From Lama guanicoe (taxonomy: Eukaryota): a DNA stretch of 64,000 nucleotides. Below are positions 1 through 13,939 of the stretch, in pieces. The stretch covers positions 10,509,186 to 10,573,185 of the forward strand of contig MU054323.1 in assembly GCA_013239625.1 (NCBI GenBank), in the 5' to 3' direction. The notes under the pieces were generated by a model. That model was not told the origin of the DNA and did no database searches. It was given only the letters and a program-made list of their open reading frames with translations. The position numbers and the translations under genes are program-made. The first letter of the stretch is position 1; every line of letters begins with the position of its first letter.

Positions 1-1059
1 GGAACATTCCACAGAACTAACAGCGCAACACTGAATAAACACTTAGCCCTGGCTTCTCCCTCACACCTCCTCAGATGAACTGAGAGCCCGAGTGGCGCAG
101 CGGCGCCAAGGAGGAAACAGCACCGCACAGCACAGGGCTCTCTCCTCAGAGGCCCACTGCTAGCCGGTCATTTGAGTAAAGCTGCCCTGTGGGACTGAGA
201 AAGGCCCCAGACCTCAGGTGACCTGGTGCTTTTGGGTGAACAGTCTCAAGAAATATCCAGGCTACTGGCAGTGGTAGTTCTCATGCCTGGGCTCAGCCTG
301 CTCAGAAAGCTGTGGCTTTCCTTGTGGCCCCTCCCCTTCTTGTCCCAGACGCCCCCATCGGCAGAGGGAGAGCTATCAGTAATGTGAAAGCAGCGGGAAC
401 TCTCCCCTCAGAGCTCAGTGATGTAAGATCCTCTCAGGAATAGGCACTGCACCAAATTTGTGTACGGATTTTATAAAGCCTTTTAAATGTGAAATCCCAC
501 ATCTGATCAGCTCTAAACTAAGGCTTTGAACCATAAATGAATGCATGTCTGTTCTAAAAGGAAGTAGTTCAGCTAGACATGTGAGTGTGGCGCTATAAAC
601 AAAACGAAAAGGAAAAAAGAAAACTTAGAAGCAGAACAGGTACTGAAAAACCAGGAGGTTTACTCTGAGGCCTGGAGTGAATGCAAGGCTGACCTAGGCG
701 ATGATGCAGGTCATGGTGTTTCTCTACTCATGTGTTGTCAGCACTGATTACCTAAACTTTTTCCATTACAACTAGAAGAGCCGATGATTCTATCGCCTGA
801 TTCTGCCTCCTCACAGCAGACAGAGACCTGATACCTGCAGGTGTGGGGGACTGGATGGAACAGAGCTTCAGGAAACAGGAAGCTGAGATCACGTCCCCTG
901 GATGCACTTTCTATGAACTTTGGCAGGGCCAGGCATATGGCTTTCCAGTTCCTGTTCTCAGGGCTGCCTGCTCTCCAAAATGTGCTTCTTCTGTGGGCTG
1001 AGGCCTTAATCATCACACATAAATCATAATGTATTCTTAATTATTGGGGTTAGGGAAGC

Positions 1060-1310
1060 CCATGTAGAGTGACTGGGAGTGTGGACCATGAAGCTGGACT
1101 ATTTGGGTTCAAATCTAGTCTGCTGTACCGCTGTGTGACTCTAGGTGAGTTACTTAACCCTCCTGAGCTTCAGCTTCCTCACTGTAAAATGCAGGTAATT
1201 AAAGTGCCTCCCTCACTGAGTGGTGTAAGCATAATGTTAAGTGTGATGACATATGGAAGGGACTTGGAACAATGCTCAGCACCACAGAGTAAGCACCAAA
1301 TAACTATTCC
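1060..1310 (+). mobile_element. MIR SINE
   Basis: MIR core: tgggttcaaatc...ctgtgtgact...ttacttaacc...cagcttcctcactgtaaaatg. Confidence 0.8.
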
Positions 1311-1320
1311 TCTCTCTCCT

Positions 1321-1682
1321 TGCTGTGGTCTGACAGTCCTCCATGTCCTCTCCCCACAAATTCATATGTTGAAACCTAACCCTGCAAATGTGATGGTATA
1401 CAGAGGTAGGAGGCAATTCAGTCCTGGGGGTAAAGCGCTCATGAGTGGGACTAGCGCTGTTACAAACGAAGCTCCAGGGAGCTCCCCTGCACCTTCCACC
1501 ATGTGAGGACACAGCGAGGAGGGACCAACTATGAACCAGGAAGAGAGCCCTCACCAGACATGACCATGCCAGCACCCTGGTCTTGAACTTCCAGCCTCCA
1601 AAACTGTGAGTAATAAACTTCTACTGTTTATAGTCACCCAATCAGTGGTATTTTGTTACAGCAACCCAAATAAGGACTAAAC
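1321..1682 (+). mobile_element. MaLR solo LTR (MLT1A-like)
   Basis: Starts tgctgtggtctga, contains aaattcatatgttgaaacctaac and ccatgtgaggacacagc, and ends ttccagcctccaaaactgtgagtaataaa...ggtattttgttacagcaacc...gactaa. Confidence 0.85.
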
Positions 1683-3749
1683 TTTCTTCCTCCTCCTCGT
1701 GGTTATTATAAAAATTAAGGGGAATGCAGGAAGGGAGGTGAGCCCCTATTCACGCTTGTCCCCCGCCAGCTGCCTCACTCTTCTCTGTCCTTTATGTGTT
1801 GGCACTTGGGAAGGAACCAGCCTTGAAACTGGATCCTTGACCACGAGTGGAGAGACAGGGCTGTGGCTGGATCATCACAAGACTGCAGGGCCAATGCCAT
1901 CCTGGGAACCCTAAAAGGGCTTCGCAGAGGAGGAGACATTGCACTGGGTGCTGAAGAATGAGGAAGGGCTTCACTGGTGGAGAAGGGGGTGGAGGGCAAT
2001 CCATGAGGAATAACCCAACTTAGCTACTCTTCCTGCAAAGAGGGAGGAGGTGGGATGACAGGAAAGGCCTGGAGTCTCAGCCAACAGTAACCAAAGGCAT
2101 AAAGATCTTGCACTCTCAAGTCCACTTGCGCTGGGGCAGAAAATGCATACATGAATGGTCTAAAGGAACCTGAAGGCCTCACCAGGGAGGACGATCCTAC
2201 CAGAGAGACAGAGAAAGAGTGAAAACTGTCTGGACTCAGGGTGAAATCTTTTGAGCACTTGTAGCAGGATGTTTGCTTCAAGAAGAGGTGGGGGTGGGGT
2301 CTAGCGACTTCTCTGTTTGGAGACTGTCTTGGTGGGGAGGGGAGGGGTTCTATTGCCACACAAGGCAGTGGCATATACACATAAAAGTGTGGGCACTCTG
2401 AGAGACCAGATGGGGCGGGGGGCTGAGTGACCGTGCAGCCCCAGCACACCACCTACCTTCTCAAGCTGCCAGGCCTTGGCAAACATGTGCCCTTTGTGGG
2501 GATGCCTTCCTCTCACTGTCCACCTGACCACTTCCTTTCTCCCATCAGAGCCAGCTCAGCTGTCTTCTCTGGGCCAGCTTGCCCCCAACCTGCTCAGGTA
2601 CACACTCCTCCATGCCCTCGTGGCACCTGTACACACACCCATTACAGTCCTTTCCCATAGCATCGCAACTGTCCCTTGTTATCCAACACCAAACCTTATT
2701 CTGAGCCCCACAAAGACAGGATGAGCCATCAGAGTCCAACCAGTGCCTGGGATAGAAAAGACTCATAGCATTTGTTGACAGAATGTATGATGGAACGAAC
2801 GAGTGAATTCCTTGACACTGGTAGTCTATCGCCAAAATTCTTTCACCTGTTTTTAGTATTTCCCTCCTCACTGGGAAATGGTGAGACTCAGTAAACATTC
2901 CTGAGATGAGACATGATTGTGTATATGCATTTTTACTTCTTTGTATATAACATATATTTATTATTATGGGATTTGCCAAGATGCTATTTTGACAAGCCAA
3001 GGGGTTTACAGGTGTTCACAATTCTCTCATCTTACTAGTGTTCAGTCCATCAAATATCCAGGGCAGAGTGGGAAAACGAAAGCAACCAGCTCAAAAGAGC
3101 CCCACTACAAGTCTTGGGCTGTCAAATATCAAAGGTCAAAACTGGCAGAAGCCAATGGTTTTTTCATTTATTTTTCTTGACGCCCATCAATGAAAGCAAT
3201 TGTGAGTAAAAGTTGTACCTGCCAGGAAAGGAATTGTCCTTTGTACTTAGTGGCAACCTTCGCAGTTGAGGTGCACGCTGACAGCTGCTTCCTGAGCCCC
3301 AGGGAGGATCACACATCTATTCCTGGGCGAGGGCAGAGGGTAGGGAGAAATACTTTTTATCTTTTCACTGATTGGAGATCTTCTGTGATCTTGGACTGGA
3401 CTTCTACTTTTTAGAACTTAGGTTTAAGAAGACTCACATTGCAGAACTACTGCAAACCGATCTGGTGTCCATGCACCTAACACAGAACACCTCCTGTGTG
3501 CTGGGTGCTGTACTCTGCACTGCGAGGAGTAAGATGTATAAACCGAGGACTCTAGCTAGAAAGTATGTGGCCCAGAACCAGATGACCAAATATCAGATAA
3601 GTCTTCTTGAGAAGGGTTTTTCCTGACTGGTTGAGAATGGGTCTCAGTTTCCTCAAAGCCATATCAGGGTGATACCGGGGTTCAACTGCAAGGCCTCCTC
3701 AGGGAAATAACATGAGGAAAAAAAAGACACAGAAGATCTGTGTTCCCTT

Positions 3750-3930
3750 GTGTGTAACTCACAACTGTGGGCAAATCACTGAACCTCTATGAGATTCAGT
3801 TTATTCATCTGTAAAATGAGGATAATTAATATATATGACACAGATTGCAGTGAAGATGAAATGAGTTGACAGATGTTGATATACTTGTAACCTGAACAAG
3901 CACTGCACAGATATTTACCGTTAATACTGA
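3750..3930 (+). mobile_element. MIR SINE fragment
   Basis: tgggcaaatcactgaacctct...cagtttattcatctgtaaaatgaggataat. Confidence 0.75.
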
Positions 3931-4056
3931 CAACACAGTGTCTACCTCCTGAGAACAAAAAGGAATGATGTGGCTCTACTGTTAACCTGGGAACTAGATC
4001 AAAGCCAACATATGACATTCTGAAGAACAAGGTGCATGTTGGATGCTGCGTGGATA

Positions 4057-4110
4057 GTGAATGAATGGATGGATGGATAAATGCATGGATGGATGGATGG
4101 ATGGAATGGA
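4057..4110. repeat. (TGGA)n / (TGAA)n imperfect tetranucleotide repeat
   Basis: tgaatgaatggatggatggataaatgcatggatggatggatggatgg is directly visible. Confidence 0.85.
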
Positions 4111-4461
4111 GATTCCCTCTGGCTCTCTCTAGTGCACTGTGTATTCTTCTCAGTGCCCTGTGGCCTTAAAGGCCACAGTCCTTTTGGAGAAATAGTAACA
4201 GGTGTGTTCTGAGTAGACTCACCAGTAGAGACCAGTCCCATACATGGGGCTTGGGGGCTGCACAGGCAGGATCAGGCCAGGGCTGGAAGCCTTGTTACCA
4301 GCATGTCTACCCATAAGGGGGAGAAAATGAACTCTCTACCCTGTACACAAGTCCATCTCACCTCTCCAACCTTTCTTTTTGACTTTTCTCCTTAGCGTTT
4401 AGTAAACAGTTACAGAAAGCTACTCATTTATGTGATCAACCAATTCAAGCTGAGATGTTAG

Positions 4462-4620
4462 CTGTAATTCTTAAATTTTGATGCATATCAGAATCCTGGT
4501 AGCACTTTCTAAAAATACTTATGCTCAAGCCTCTTCCCGAGACTAATAAAATTAGAATTGGTTGGGTTGGGACTCAGGCATATCAGTTTTGTAAAATGTG
4601 TGGTTATGATTTGTACCCCC
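4462..4620. mobile_element. hAT-Charlie MITE remnant (MER5-like)
   Basis: ttcttaaattttgatgcatatcagaatcctgg...aaaatacttatgctcaagcc...ggactcaggcat is typical of MER5A/B. Confidence 0.55.
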
Positions 4621-4929
4621 AAATCGTAAGACCTACCATCTCAATGGTTTAAAGTCTAGGTGCTCCAGAGAAGACTAGCATTTTAGTAATTGTTTCAATA
4701 TTGCTACTCAAAGGGGTGAGAAATATGACACATCCAGGTATAGTCAGTGGGATTGGTAGTTTTGGGGTCCAACTTAGGTCACTTTGCAGGACATGAAATT
4801 GCTAACCTTGGCCCATCTCACAACCACTCTCCTACAACCCGGAGCAGCCTGGAGGAAGGCCAGCCCAGGACCCCTTAGAGGGGCAGCTGGGAGGGGGCTC
4901 GGGGAGCACCCCCTTTGCATGGTATCGAG

Positions 4930-5035
4930 TTTAACTTCACAGCCACCATGTGAGGTGAGCCAATTATTATCACTATACAGATAGGAAAGCTGAGGCTTGT
5001 AGAGACTCAGAGATTTGCCCAGACTTACACTGTGT
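4930..5035 (-). mobile_element. MIR SINE fragment
   Basis: Antisense core: attattatcactatacagataggaaagctgaggct...gatttgcccaga. Confidence 0.7.
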
Positions 5036-6954
5036 GTGGGAGCTTCCTCCCTGCACACTTAGGACAGGCGTCTCATGACTACCCTCTGTTCAGACAACTT
5101 CCAGCTGCATGACTGTTCCTGTGACAGGTGTTGAGGAAATATGCCCCTGACAAGCCTGGGTGTGAGTTTTAAGGCTTTTAAAAATTATCTTTAAAGCCTT
5201 TGAAAGGCTCTCTCTTTTTAGTGTAAATCACCAGGACATTAAAGCCCTTATTGTATATTTATTAGTGTGCTATGCAGACCAAGGGGAAAACGGGAGAAGC
5301 TGACACTACGAATGACTTTGAAAATGAGAAGAAACTGGGCCTGAAATTAAATCATTGTGACACTGCCACTCGAGGGCATCAATTTCAATGAATTATCACC
5401 CTTTTTTATTCCTGATCCCGTTTATCATGCAGGCAGGAACACTTTGGCCAGGGATGCTGAATGCCACAGGCCTCTGATTTCCCCATGCCAGCCAGACCTG
5501 CCACAGTGCGCTGGGCTGAGTGAAGGTAAACCCAGCACGGCCTGGCAAAGGCAGTCAGGCATCTTTTCAGAAGCAAATGCCCTGTGTCGTCTTTCCATGT
5601 TGCCCAACCCTGAGCCTATCCCTCATTCAGCCTGCTGAGACCATCGGGTCTGTTTACAGGAAAGTCCAGGGTTCTGTACATTAGTGGCGGAAGGTCTCTG
5701 TAGGTCTGTAGTGGGTGACTGCCCTGTTTGCCAGACTTGGGGGTGCCCACAGAGTAGACTGGGGATCATTTCCTGCTCCCTTAGTCCTGAATGGCAACCT
5801 GAGATAGGGGCCCGGGCGTTGCAGGAGGGAGGGAGGGGCGGAGGGCCATGGAATCTCCACTTCAGGGGGTAAGAGGCTGGGAACGGCTGTGGTTGTTCCT
5901 TAACCACACCGCAAATTAGCGCTGGAGCCAGGGCTGACACCACACCCTCCGACACCCACAAACCAATATCGCTTTGGGTTAAATTACTTTGGCAGGTCTC
6001 CCATTGGAATTGTTACTGGTTTTAAAGCTGGGATCTTTGGTCAGAATTGACTGGTTTAAATAAACATGGCATGGGTTTTTCTTCACTTGGGGAGGGGCCT
6101 GCAGATTTTCATCTAAGGGCAATGAATTTGAGAATTTCTTGATGCAGCTGTTCAGCTGAGAGACAGACAGGCGAGAGCACAGGAGGGCTGGCTCTGGGGC
6201 CCAACAGGGACGTAAGCCTGGCTTTGCCAGGAGCCTGCACTTTGACCTTCATCACATCTCATCAGGCCCCGAGGCCTTGGCTTCCTCCATGAGGAAATTA
6301 ATGGGGCTGATGGAACTCAAGTCTCCTCTGAGTGTAGGGGTTAAGCTCCCCTAGAAAGGTGAAGCTTTGAGCCAAGGAGAATCTTATTTCTCTGCCACCC
6401 TCTGGAATGAGCCTTGTTTGTGCTGTGAAAAAGACCTGACAGCTTACATGGCTCAAGCCCAGGTATCACCAAATCCTCTAGGTTTAAAACATCTTTTTGA
6501 GTATTAGTAATTCAAATGATTGGCAACGTCTATCCCCTCAGGACCCAATTCCTCCCTCCACACACTGTGTAGTTCTGGTCACACATAATAAAGTCCCTAG
6601 ACACCCGAGGCTGCAGGAGAAAGCTGTGTGCATGGGAAGGGAGGAAGACTTGTGATGGATCTGGGAAGGAGCCTTGAAGAGTCACTCCTACAGCCTGAGA
6701 CATCACCAGCCCTTGAGCCTGTGTTCGAGTCCAGGATGGTGACAATTTCACCCCACCAATTGCTGTGAGACTGGACTGCTTTCTCTAAAACAGCCTTCAG
6801 CCAAAAGGCAGGGTCGCGCAGGAGGCAGATGCAGGAGCTGGGCTGCCTGTGCTGGCACTGCTAACTGGTGATCTCAGCTTGGCCTCTTATAATTTCTGGG
6901 CCCTAATTTAAAAACATCTGCATAAGCATGTGCTGTTGCTCTTTCACTTCTTCC

Positions 6955-7070
6955 TTACTGGACTGGGTGTTCCTTGAAAGCAGTGACTGTGTCATCTTCG
7001 GCTGTGTATTCCCAGCATCTATTACACGAGAGGGGCTCAGTCGCTAGCTGTTAAATGAATTATGAATTGA
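6955..7070 (+). mobile_element. L2 LINE 3' end
   Basis: ttccttgaaagcagtgactgtgtc...tgtattcccagcatct...ctcagt...tgttaaatgaat. Confidence 0.65.
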
Positions 7071-8009
7071 GGAGGATCTAGTGTGTACTAAGTACAATGT
7101 GAGCCATCTTCCTACGCCAATTCACAACTCTTCATATTAAATATGCATTATTATATTCATTCAGTTCATGGAACTTCATGGCCTCTAATTCTAGTTAAGA
7201 TGACCTCTGCTTGCTGGATTCTGCAGCCAGCGGGGCTGGGCTATGTGACAGCCCATTTCTCTGCTTCCCTGCTCCGGTAGCCACTCCTGCCAGGCAGATG
7301 AGCAGATGAGAAGGCCAGGCACTCATTGGCAGCTGTCCTCTGGGAGACCCCGGGCAAAGCCAGGCTGCCTTGGCAGACGCAGACGCTCACGCTCTGTGAG
7401 TCATTTAGATCTCACACAGGCTGCTGCTTCCAGGCAATGAGGAAGGGAGCAGCTGCTGGGATTCCCCGACTGTCTTCCTTGCCTCCAGCGCCTCCATGCA
7501 GGCTGTTACTTCCCATGATGCTGCACCGTGTGCTCACCACTCAGTGGTTTCCGGGGGACTTGGTGGCCTCTGACTTGTTGTTCCTCTGAGTCAGGCTTCT
7601 CCCCAGTCGACTTTGTTATGACAACTTCCTCCCTTGTTACTACAAATGCCAAATGTTGTTTTCCCAGGAGCAGTTCCCAAACCACCATGTTCTGTTCTGA
7701 GAGGAAGCCAGCCCTATCTGTAATCATCACTGTCATCACCACCAAGATCTCACAGTGTCCGCCCTCATCACGGTGATCACTGGGCTGCTGGGGTCATCTC
7801 TGACACTAAAGGGAATGAGTTTCCAGCAAGGCAAACTGCCAAGGTTCTCAAAACCTAAAGATTCTTGAGACTGGCACTGACCGTATAATCAGAGAGCAGG
7901 GAGTCTCAATCCTTTGTGATCCCAAATTCTAAGCAGAATGGAGCAGATTTGGGTATTAAGCAATGGCCTCTTACATTTGCATCCTGCTCAGAGTGTGCGA
8001 AACTCTTCA

Positions 8010-8585
8010 CATCCTTAATTGCATTGACTCCACATGACCCCTCATGACCACATGAGCAGGGCTGGCATAATCGTTCCCACTTTACAGATGGGGAAACTGA
8101 GGCTTGGAAGGGGATGAAATTTGCATGAAGTCATAGAGCTCATTCATGGAACATCCTTTCCTGGACCATTAAAGGCTGGCCTTCTGTATCCCTAGCACCT
8201 GTATGGTCCTAATACAAAGCACCCAATAAATGATTGTCATTGAACTGATGATTGAATAGGGAAACAGGACTTAAATTCAGGGCTTTGATTCACAGCATAA
8301 TAATTTTTCTGCTGCACTACTGTGGTCCAATTGAATTCTTCCAGCAATGGGTAAAATAGTCTAAAGTCAAGCTGGTTAGCTTCAGACGCCCTCTCCCCTG
8401 TCTAGCCAGTGACCCTGAGCAAATTATTTGGCTTCACTGAATTTCCTCATCTGTGAAATGGAAGATAATAACTGTGCCTGCTTCACTGTGCTGTGGAGTA
8501 TTAATAACAAAATGTATGTAAAGTGCACAGCAGTGATTGGCTAGCACATCTAGGAAGTGTGTAATTAGTGTTAACAATAGTTATT
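8010..8585. mobile_element. Cluster of MIR (minus, ~8010-8150), L2 3' tail (~8170-8260) and MIR (plus, ~8370-8585)
   Basis: cccactttacagatggggaaactgaggct; tgtatccctagcacct...caataaatgattg; gtgaccctgagcaaattatt...tttcctcatctgtgaaatgg. Confidence 0.7.
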
Positions 8586-8819
8586 ACTCATACAAGGGAC
8601 CAGGCCTTATATATCTGTGACACCCGGGACCTAGTATGGTGGTTGGCATATACACGTACATGTAGGGCTCAAGACACCTGCCTACCCACACTGACACATC
8701 ATGTGACATGGAGCACGTCCCTCACCTCTCCTGGTCTCAGTTCCCACACCTAGGAACTGACACAGTTGAACCAGGTAAATCCCAGGGTTCTTCTCAGCTC
8801 TAAAATGTTCTATTTATTT

Positions 8820-9016
8820 CAGTGTTTCTCAGTGAGGGAACTTTGCTCTCCAGGAGACATTTGGCAACATCTGGAGACATTTCTGTTGTCAATTAGGTGA
8901 TGCTACTGGCATCTAGTAGGTAGAGGCCTGGGAAGCCGGGGACCATGCTCAGGACAATGTCCACAAAAAGAACTGTTTGGCCCCAGATGTCAACAGTACC
9001 GAGGCTGAGCAACTTG
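8820..9016 (+). mobile_element. MER20 (hAT-Charlie MITE)
   Basis: cagtgtttctca...ggagacatttggcaacatctggagacattt...tgctactggcatctagtaggtagaggcc...ggccccagatgtcaacagtaccgaggctgag matches the recalled MER20 consensus end to end. Confidence 0.9.
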
Positions 9017-9407
9017 GATCCAACTCTACACATGAGCTCTCTGCACTGTTGGAAAAGCGCCTGTGCCCTGCAGCTCGCCAGCATGCCCGAGACAGTGGAG
9101 TTCCTCCACGCAGCAGAGCAGTCTAAGGAGTGCCCTTTCAGCTGCTACCTTCCACTCTCACCATGTTGATCTTGTTAGAGGGAGGAAGGCTGGCTCAGGC
9201 ATCTTTAATTTAGATTGGAATCACTCTTGCTCATCACCAAACTCCAAGACAGCTCTGCCAAGGCTAGGGGAGAACAGCGTGACACAAGATGCTAGGAACC
9301 TGGCCTGAGGCCAAGCACCTGAAGACACAGGGGCAGCCCTACCAAAACCACCAGGTCAGTGGGCTTGCCCAGCACCCCTGCTCCCTTTCTCCTGCCTAAG
9401 CTCCCAC

Positions 9408-9421
9408 CCTCCAGGGGGCAG
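9408..9421 (+). promoter_or_regulatory. Candidate CTCF-binding motif
   Basis: CCTCCAGGGGGCAG is one mismatch from the core CCASYAGRKGGCRS. This is a motif match only. Confidence 0.35.
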
Positions 9422-11539
9422 ATCGACTCTGGCGATGGAAGAGTCACCTTGGGAAGAAAATGCATTGGCCAGCTGGATGGACACTGAAACTGGTGACCAT
9501 GACCACCTCAGGGGAAGCTCATGGCCTCCCACACCATGCAGTCTTGGTGTCCTTGTTCTCACCACATATGGAGGGAAGACTACCATCACATGGTCCTTGG
9601 CTAGATTCATTCAAAGAATCTCGATCATCTGTTTTTGCAGGGTTCCTTCACATTCCGCTTCCTCTTTCCCAACCCTGTCCTCTCCCCCTGAATTCCTGCT
9701 GAGACACTATGGATTTCCAGGGAAGAACACAAATGAGTAAAGGGGAGACCTGGAGTCCAACTTCGGCTACTATAAACAGGCTTCCTATTTCCTCTCTCTG
9801 CCTCAGTTTTCCTGACTGTTAAATGGAAACTCACTTGGTAGTTATGAGCATAGGAAGACAAAGAGGGGAAAATTCTTTGCAAGCCCCCATGGCTAGCCAC
9901 AGGGAGGAGCGATCCTCTTCCTGATCATACTATGGAGGAACCAAGCCCTGCTATTTTGGAAGTGCTGAAACCCTGCAGCACTCTGCCCCTCACACACCTG
10001 CACATCCTCAGCCTGCATTTCAGGGAGACCCCGAACTCCACTTCCCCTGTGACATCAATGAGTCTCCCTACCCCAGGCAGCACCTCAACAGATGGATTGC
10101 CTGAAGTCCCAACAGCCCTAGGCAGCACTCTCTGGTCTCTGCCAAGCTTGGTGGGACACGAATGTCAAGTAGAAGTCAGAATAAACTTTTCATGAGATCA
10201 GGCAAGCACCTACAGAATGGCACTGCAGCAGAGGCCACCACCAGCCCCACCCATGAATGGAAGGCCTTGACATGTGGGCTTCTCACAGAAAAGGGAGATC
10301 CTGCTGGAAGAAGGCTTGGCTATCAGGAGACAGCTCATCCCTTACAGCAGGCAGCTCAGACACCTGACATTTCTGACTTCTGGTGAACAGAGCAAGACAC
10401 ATTGGGCCCCTCCCAGACAGTACAACAAGACATTTCAGAGGTGAGAAGATGGATACGAATTTAGGTATGAGGAGAGCATCCTTCTTGAAGCCAAGATTTC
10501 ATTCCTGCTGGGATTGTAGCAGCTTATAGTTCCTTGAAGTGCAACTACTTACAGACGGGCCAGTGGCAGAGGGGTGGGGTGAAGACTTTCAAGAAATTAG
10601 TAAGGAATCCATACAACTTTACTGGAATGGAAGTAGGCAAGATCTCATCCCAGACTCGGCACACCATGGAGGTGGATATGGATAACATCATTGTTCAGAT
10701 GAAGCCCCTCTGAAGGGTATTTTCTTAGAGGGAAGTTAAGTTTAAGCTTAGCTAGAAATTTGAGGTCTTTCTCCAGCAAACATGCCACAAAGAAGGATCT
10801 CTCACCCTTGTTGATTATCAGACAGGGGCCATTCAAAACTGGGGTCTTACAGAATGAGAAAAGAGGCAGACACAGAGATGCCTTTGTTCAAGTTTGCTTT
10901 CCAGTGTCACTACTTCTAGAAGCCTGGTGGATCACTGAGTAAGCAAGTGAGTATGTCCTAGAAGCTTAAATGAGCTCACTGACATGGGTACTGGGCATGA
11001 CTTCTGTGTTATGTAAGCCTTGGAGGTTCTAGAACAAAGCTTGTTTCCCTACTGAACTGGTACTGTTGACGCATCCCCGATCTACTCTGCTCTGGGGTCC
11101 CACATTCCCGTAGGGCCTGCTCGGGCAGCCACAACAGTTTGCTCTTTCCCTTCCTGCCAAAGTTCTTCTGGTAAAATCCAGTTTCCTGCATATTAAATTA
11201 TTTTCATTTTGGCCTTTTAACACTCCCCTTGGCTGTTTTCTTCTAGGCTCCATCTGGACTTTGGAAAAGAAATATCTTTAATACCTACTCATTAAATGCC
11301 CACTCTTCCAGCTGGTCCTCTGGCCTCTGGAAGGACTGCCAGCCTGGGCAGCCAGAGGGCCCCACAGATCACTGCCCGAGACAGCACCCAGGGAATATTA
11401 GCAGTAATGACTCAATCTGGACCCTACCTATTAAAGGACGATTGTGAGTTTTAAGTAGATGTCACAGACTCTGAAACTTTGTAGCCAAAACCCAAATCTC
11501 TGTTTTATATAATGGATGTTGGACATGGGGAAGGACTTA

Positions 11540-11797
<258 letters not shown>

Positions 11798-11959
11798 TCA
11801 GCTCTGAGGTGCGATTTTAAGGCCAATGGCATCAAAGTCAGCAATGCTGGAGGCCTCCCCTACTTTCTTCTCACACACCTAAATAGCCCTCTTGCCTCTT
11901 TTTGAGGTAGTCTTTGAAAAAGTAAAGCCTGAGGCAAGAGGACAGTGACTTGAGACTTA

Positions 11960-12170
11960 GGCTTTATAATCAGGCACACCAAGGTTCTCACCCTAGCACC
12001 CCTACTTACTAGCTCTATGTCTTTGAGTCTAGGGTTATTCATCTATAAAGTGAGAATGAAAACATCTACTTCAAAGGGTGGTTGTGAGGGTTATGTGAAG
12101 TAAGCATGGAGAGCATTTTACCCAGTTTTAGGTAGAGAGGAAGCACCCTTATAAAATAATCAATTTGTTG
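11960..12170 (+). mobile_element. MIR SINE
   Basis: ctacttactagctctatgtctttg...ttcatctataaagtgagaat...ggttgtgaggg... Confidence 0.7.
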
Positions 12171-13939
12171 ATTTCAACTGTCTTCTACGTTAAAGTAGAC
12201 ATGACAGCTCACAGATTCTTTGTCAGCCAACAGGCACAAATAACAAAGCCCCATAAGAAACAGGAGAAGAATAGGAAGGATTACCTAATCCCCAGAGTGA
12301 CGAGAGTCAGAAACCCACCCCAGGTGCTAAGACATTCTTGGTCTAGGAGGACAGCCTAAAGAGAGTCCCTCCCCCTATTAATGTGCCCAGAGTGGAATCA
12401 GGACATCAGTTCCATCATATATACATCCATATAGGGTATCTCCACATCACACAAACCAGGACACTCCGGGAAATCTCAGGCCATCCCACAGGTCACAGTT
12501 TAAATCAGAGCTGACCTGAGTTATCCATATCACATTCAAGCCAACTTGGGAGTCAACTGACATCCGTTGGACAATTCAGAATTTTCCAGGAGTGTATGGG
12601 TTGGGTCTAGGCTCTTAAATAGTTACGACTAGTTCAAGGTTTTCCTTGAGAGGTGGGTGGTTTATTTGGGTCACCTTCATGGTAATTAAGATCATTGCTC
12701 CTGCTCCGCTGCTTACCAGCTAAGTGATCTTGGGCAAAGCATTAATTTTCTCTGGTTTCAGTTTCCTTGTTTACAAAAGGTGGTGGGGGGGGGTTGACTA
12801 AATTCAATGATCTCTTATGATCCATTTCAGCTCCTGAGTCTATTAATCATGTGAATTGTAGCTGGTCTCCACAAAGAAAGCCCTACAAATCCCTCCTGGT
12901 TCCATGCCTGTAGCAGCGTTTCCCTCTAGGGCAAGCCAACCCTAATTCAAGTGGCACAGGCCAAGTGACCTGCAAGAAGCCTGCATCCATGGGCTTACTG
13001 TCAGCGTAAAAGCAGGGCACCATTTATTGTTCCCGGGATCCCTTCTGATGCATTAATTTTACTTGCCACACTTACACATTGAAGTTTTGGACCATTAGAT
13101 GCTGCTCCTTTTGCGGTGAAGGCCTATTCCAACAAGATCCCCAACTCCTCCTCTGGGAACCAGCTAATGAGTGCTCAGTCTTCTCAAACTACTCCCTGCC
13201 CATGTACTTCAAAACAGTCTCCTTCTACAGATAATGCACTTTATTGAGTAGGCAAATGCACTAGTGGCCTACAGTAGAGAATGATGCAGATGAACAAGAA
13301 GGGGATTCCTACCAGAAACAAAGCATTTCCGAGGACACATACTGCATCGGAAATTTGGAGAGTTACAATATTCTGGGAGTAGATAAATGTGACTTTCAGT
13401 TAAAATCAGGATGAGGTCAGTACAAGACTGCTTCGGAGCTGAATTGGGGGCATAGGTCAGCACTGGAAACCAAATCCTCTGTAATTGTTGAGAAGTTTCA
13501 GCATGGCATATGGGCCTTTGGAAAATGCTCTACAACTCTCAGTAAATAATCTCCATTATTACCCTGTTTTACAGTGGGGGAGATATTCTTGTCAAGGGCA
13601 CAGAGGTAAAAGGAATTAGAATCAAAGACTCAGAATTAGAAAGAACTTAAAGATCATCTAATATAATGCCCTTGCTTTTCTAGAGAATCAGGCTGGAGAT
13701 TAGAATGAGGAAATGACTCGTCCAAAGTCTTAATTTGAAAGTTCAGACCAGACTCCAGGTCTCTGGACTCCTAACCAGTACTTTTCCCCTTGTATCTTTC
13801 TCATTGTCCCACTGTATTCTTTACCCTAAAATACAACCAGGGTGCCTTGCGGCCAAGTTGTGTATCTCAGAACTCAGAGGGATGGGAAAGGAGAAAGATA
13901 GGGAGATGGGTACTGGACAAAATCCATTTGTTCACTGAT

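Noticed and set aside
1276..1298. REST/RE1-like left half-site tcagcaccac
   Set aside because: The right half (GGACAG) is missing and it sits in a SINE tail.
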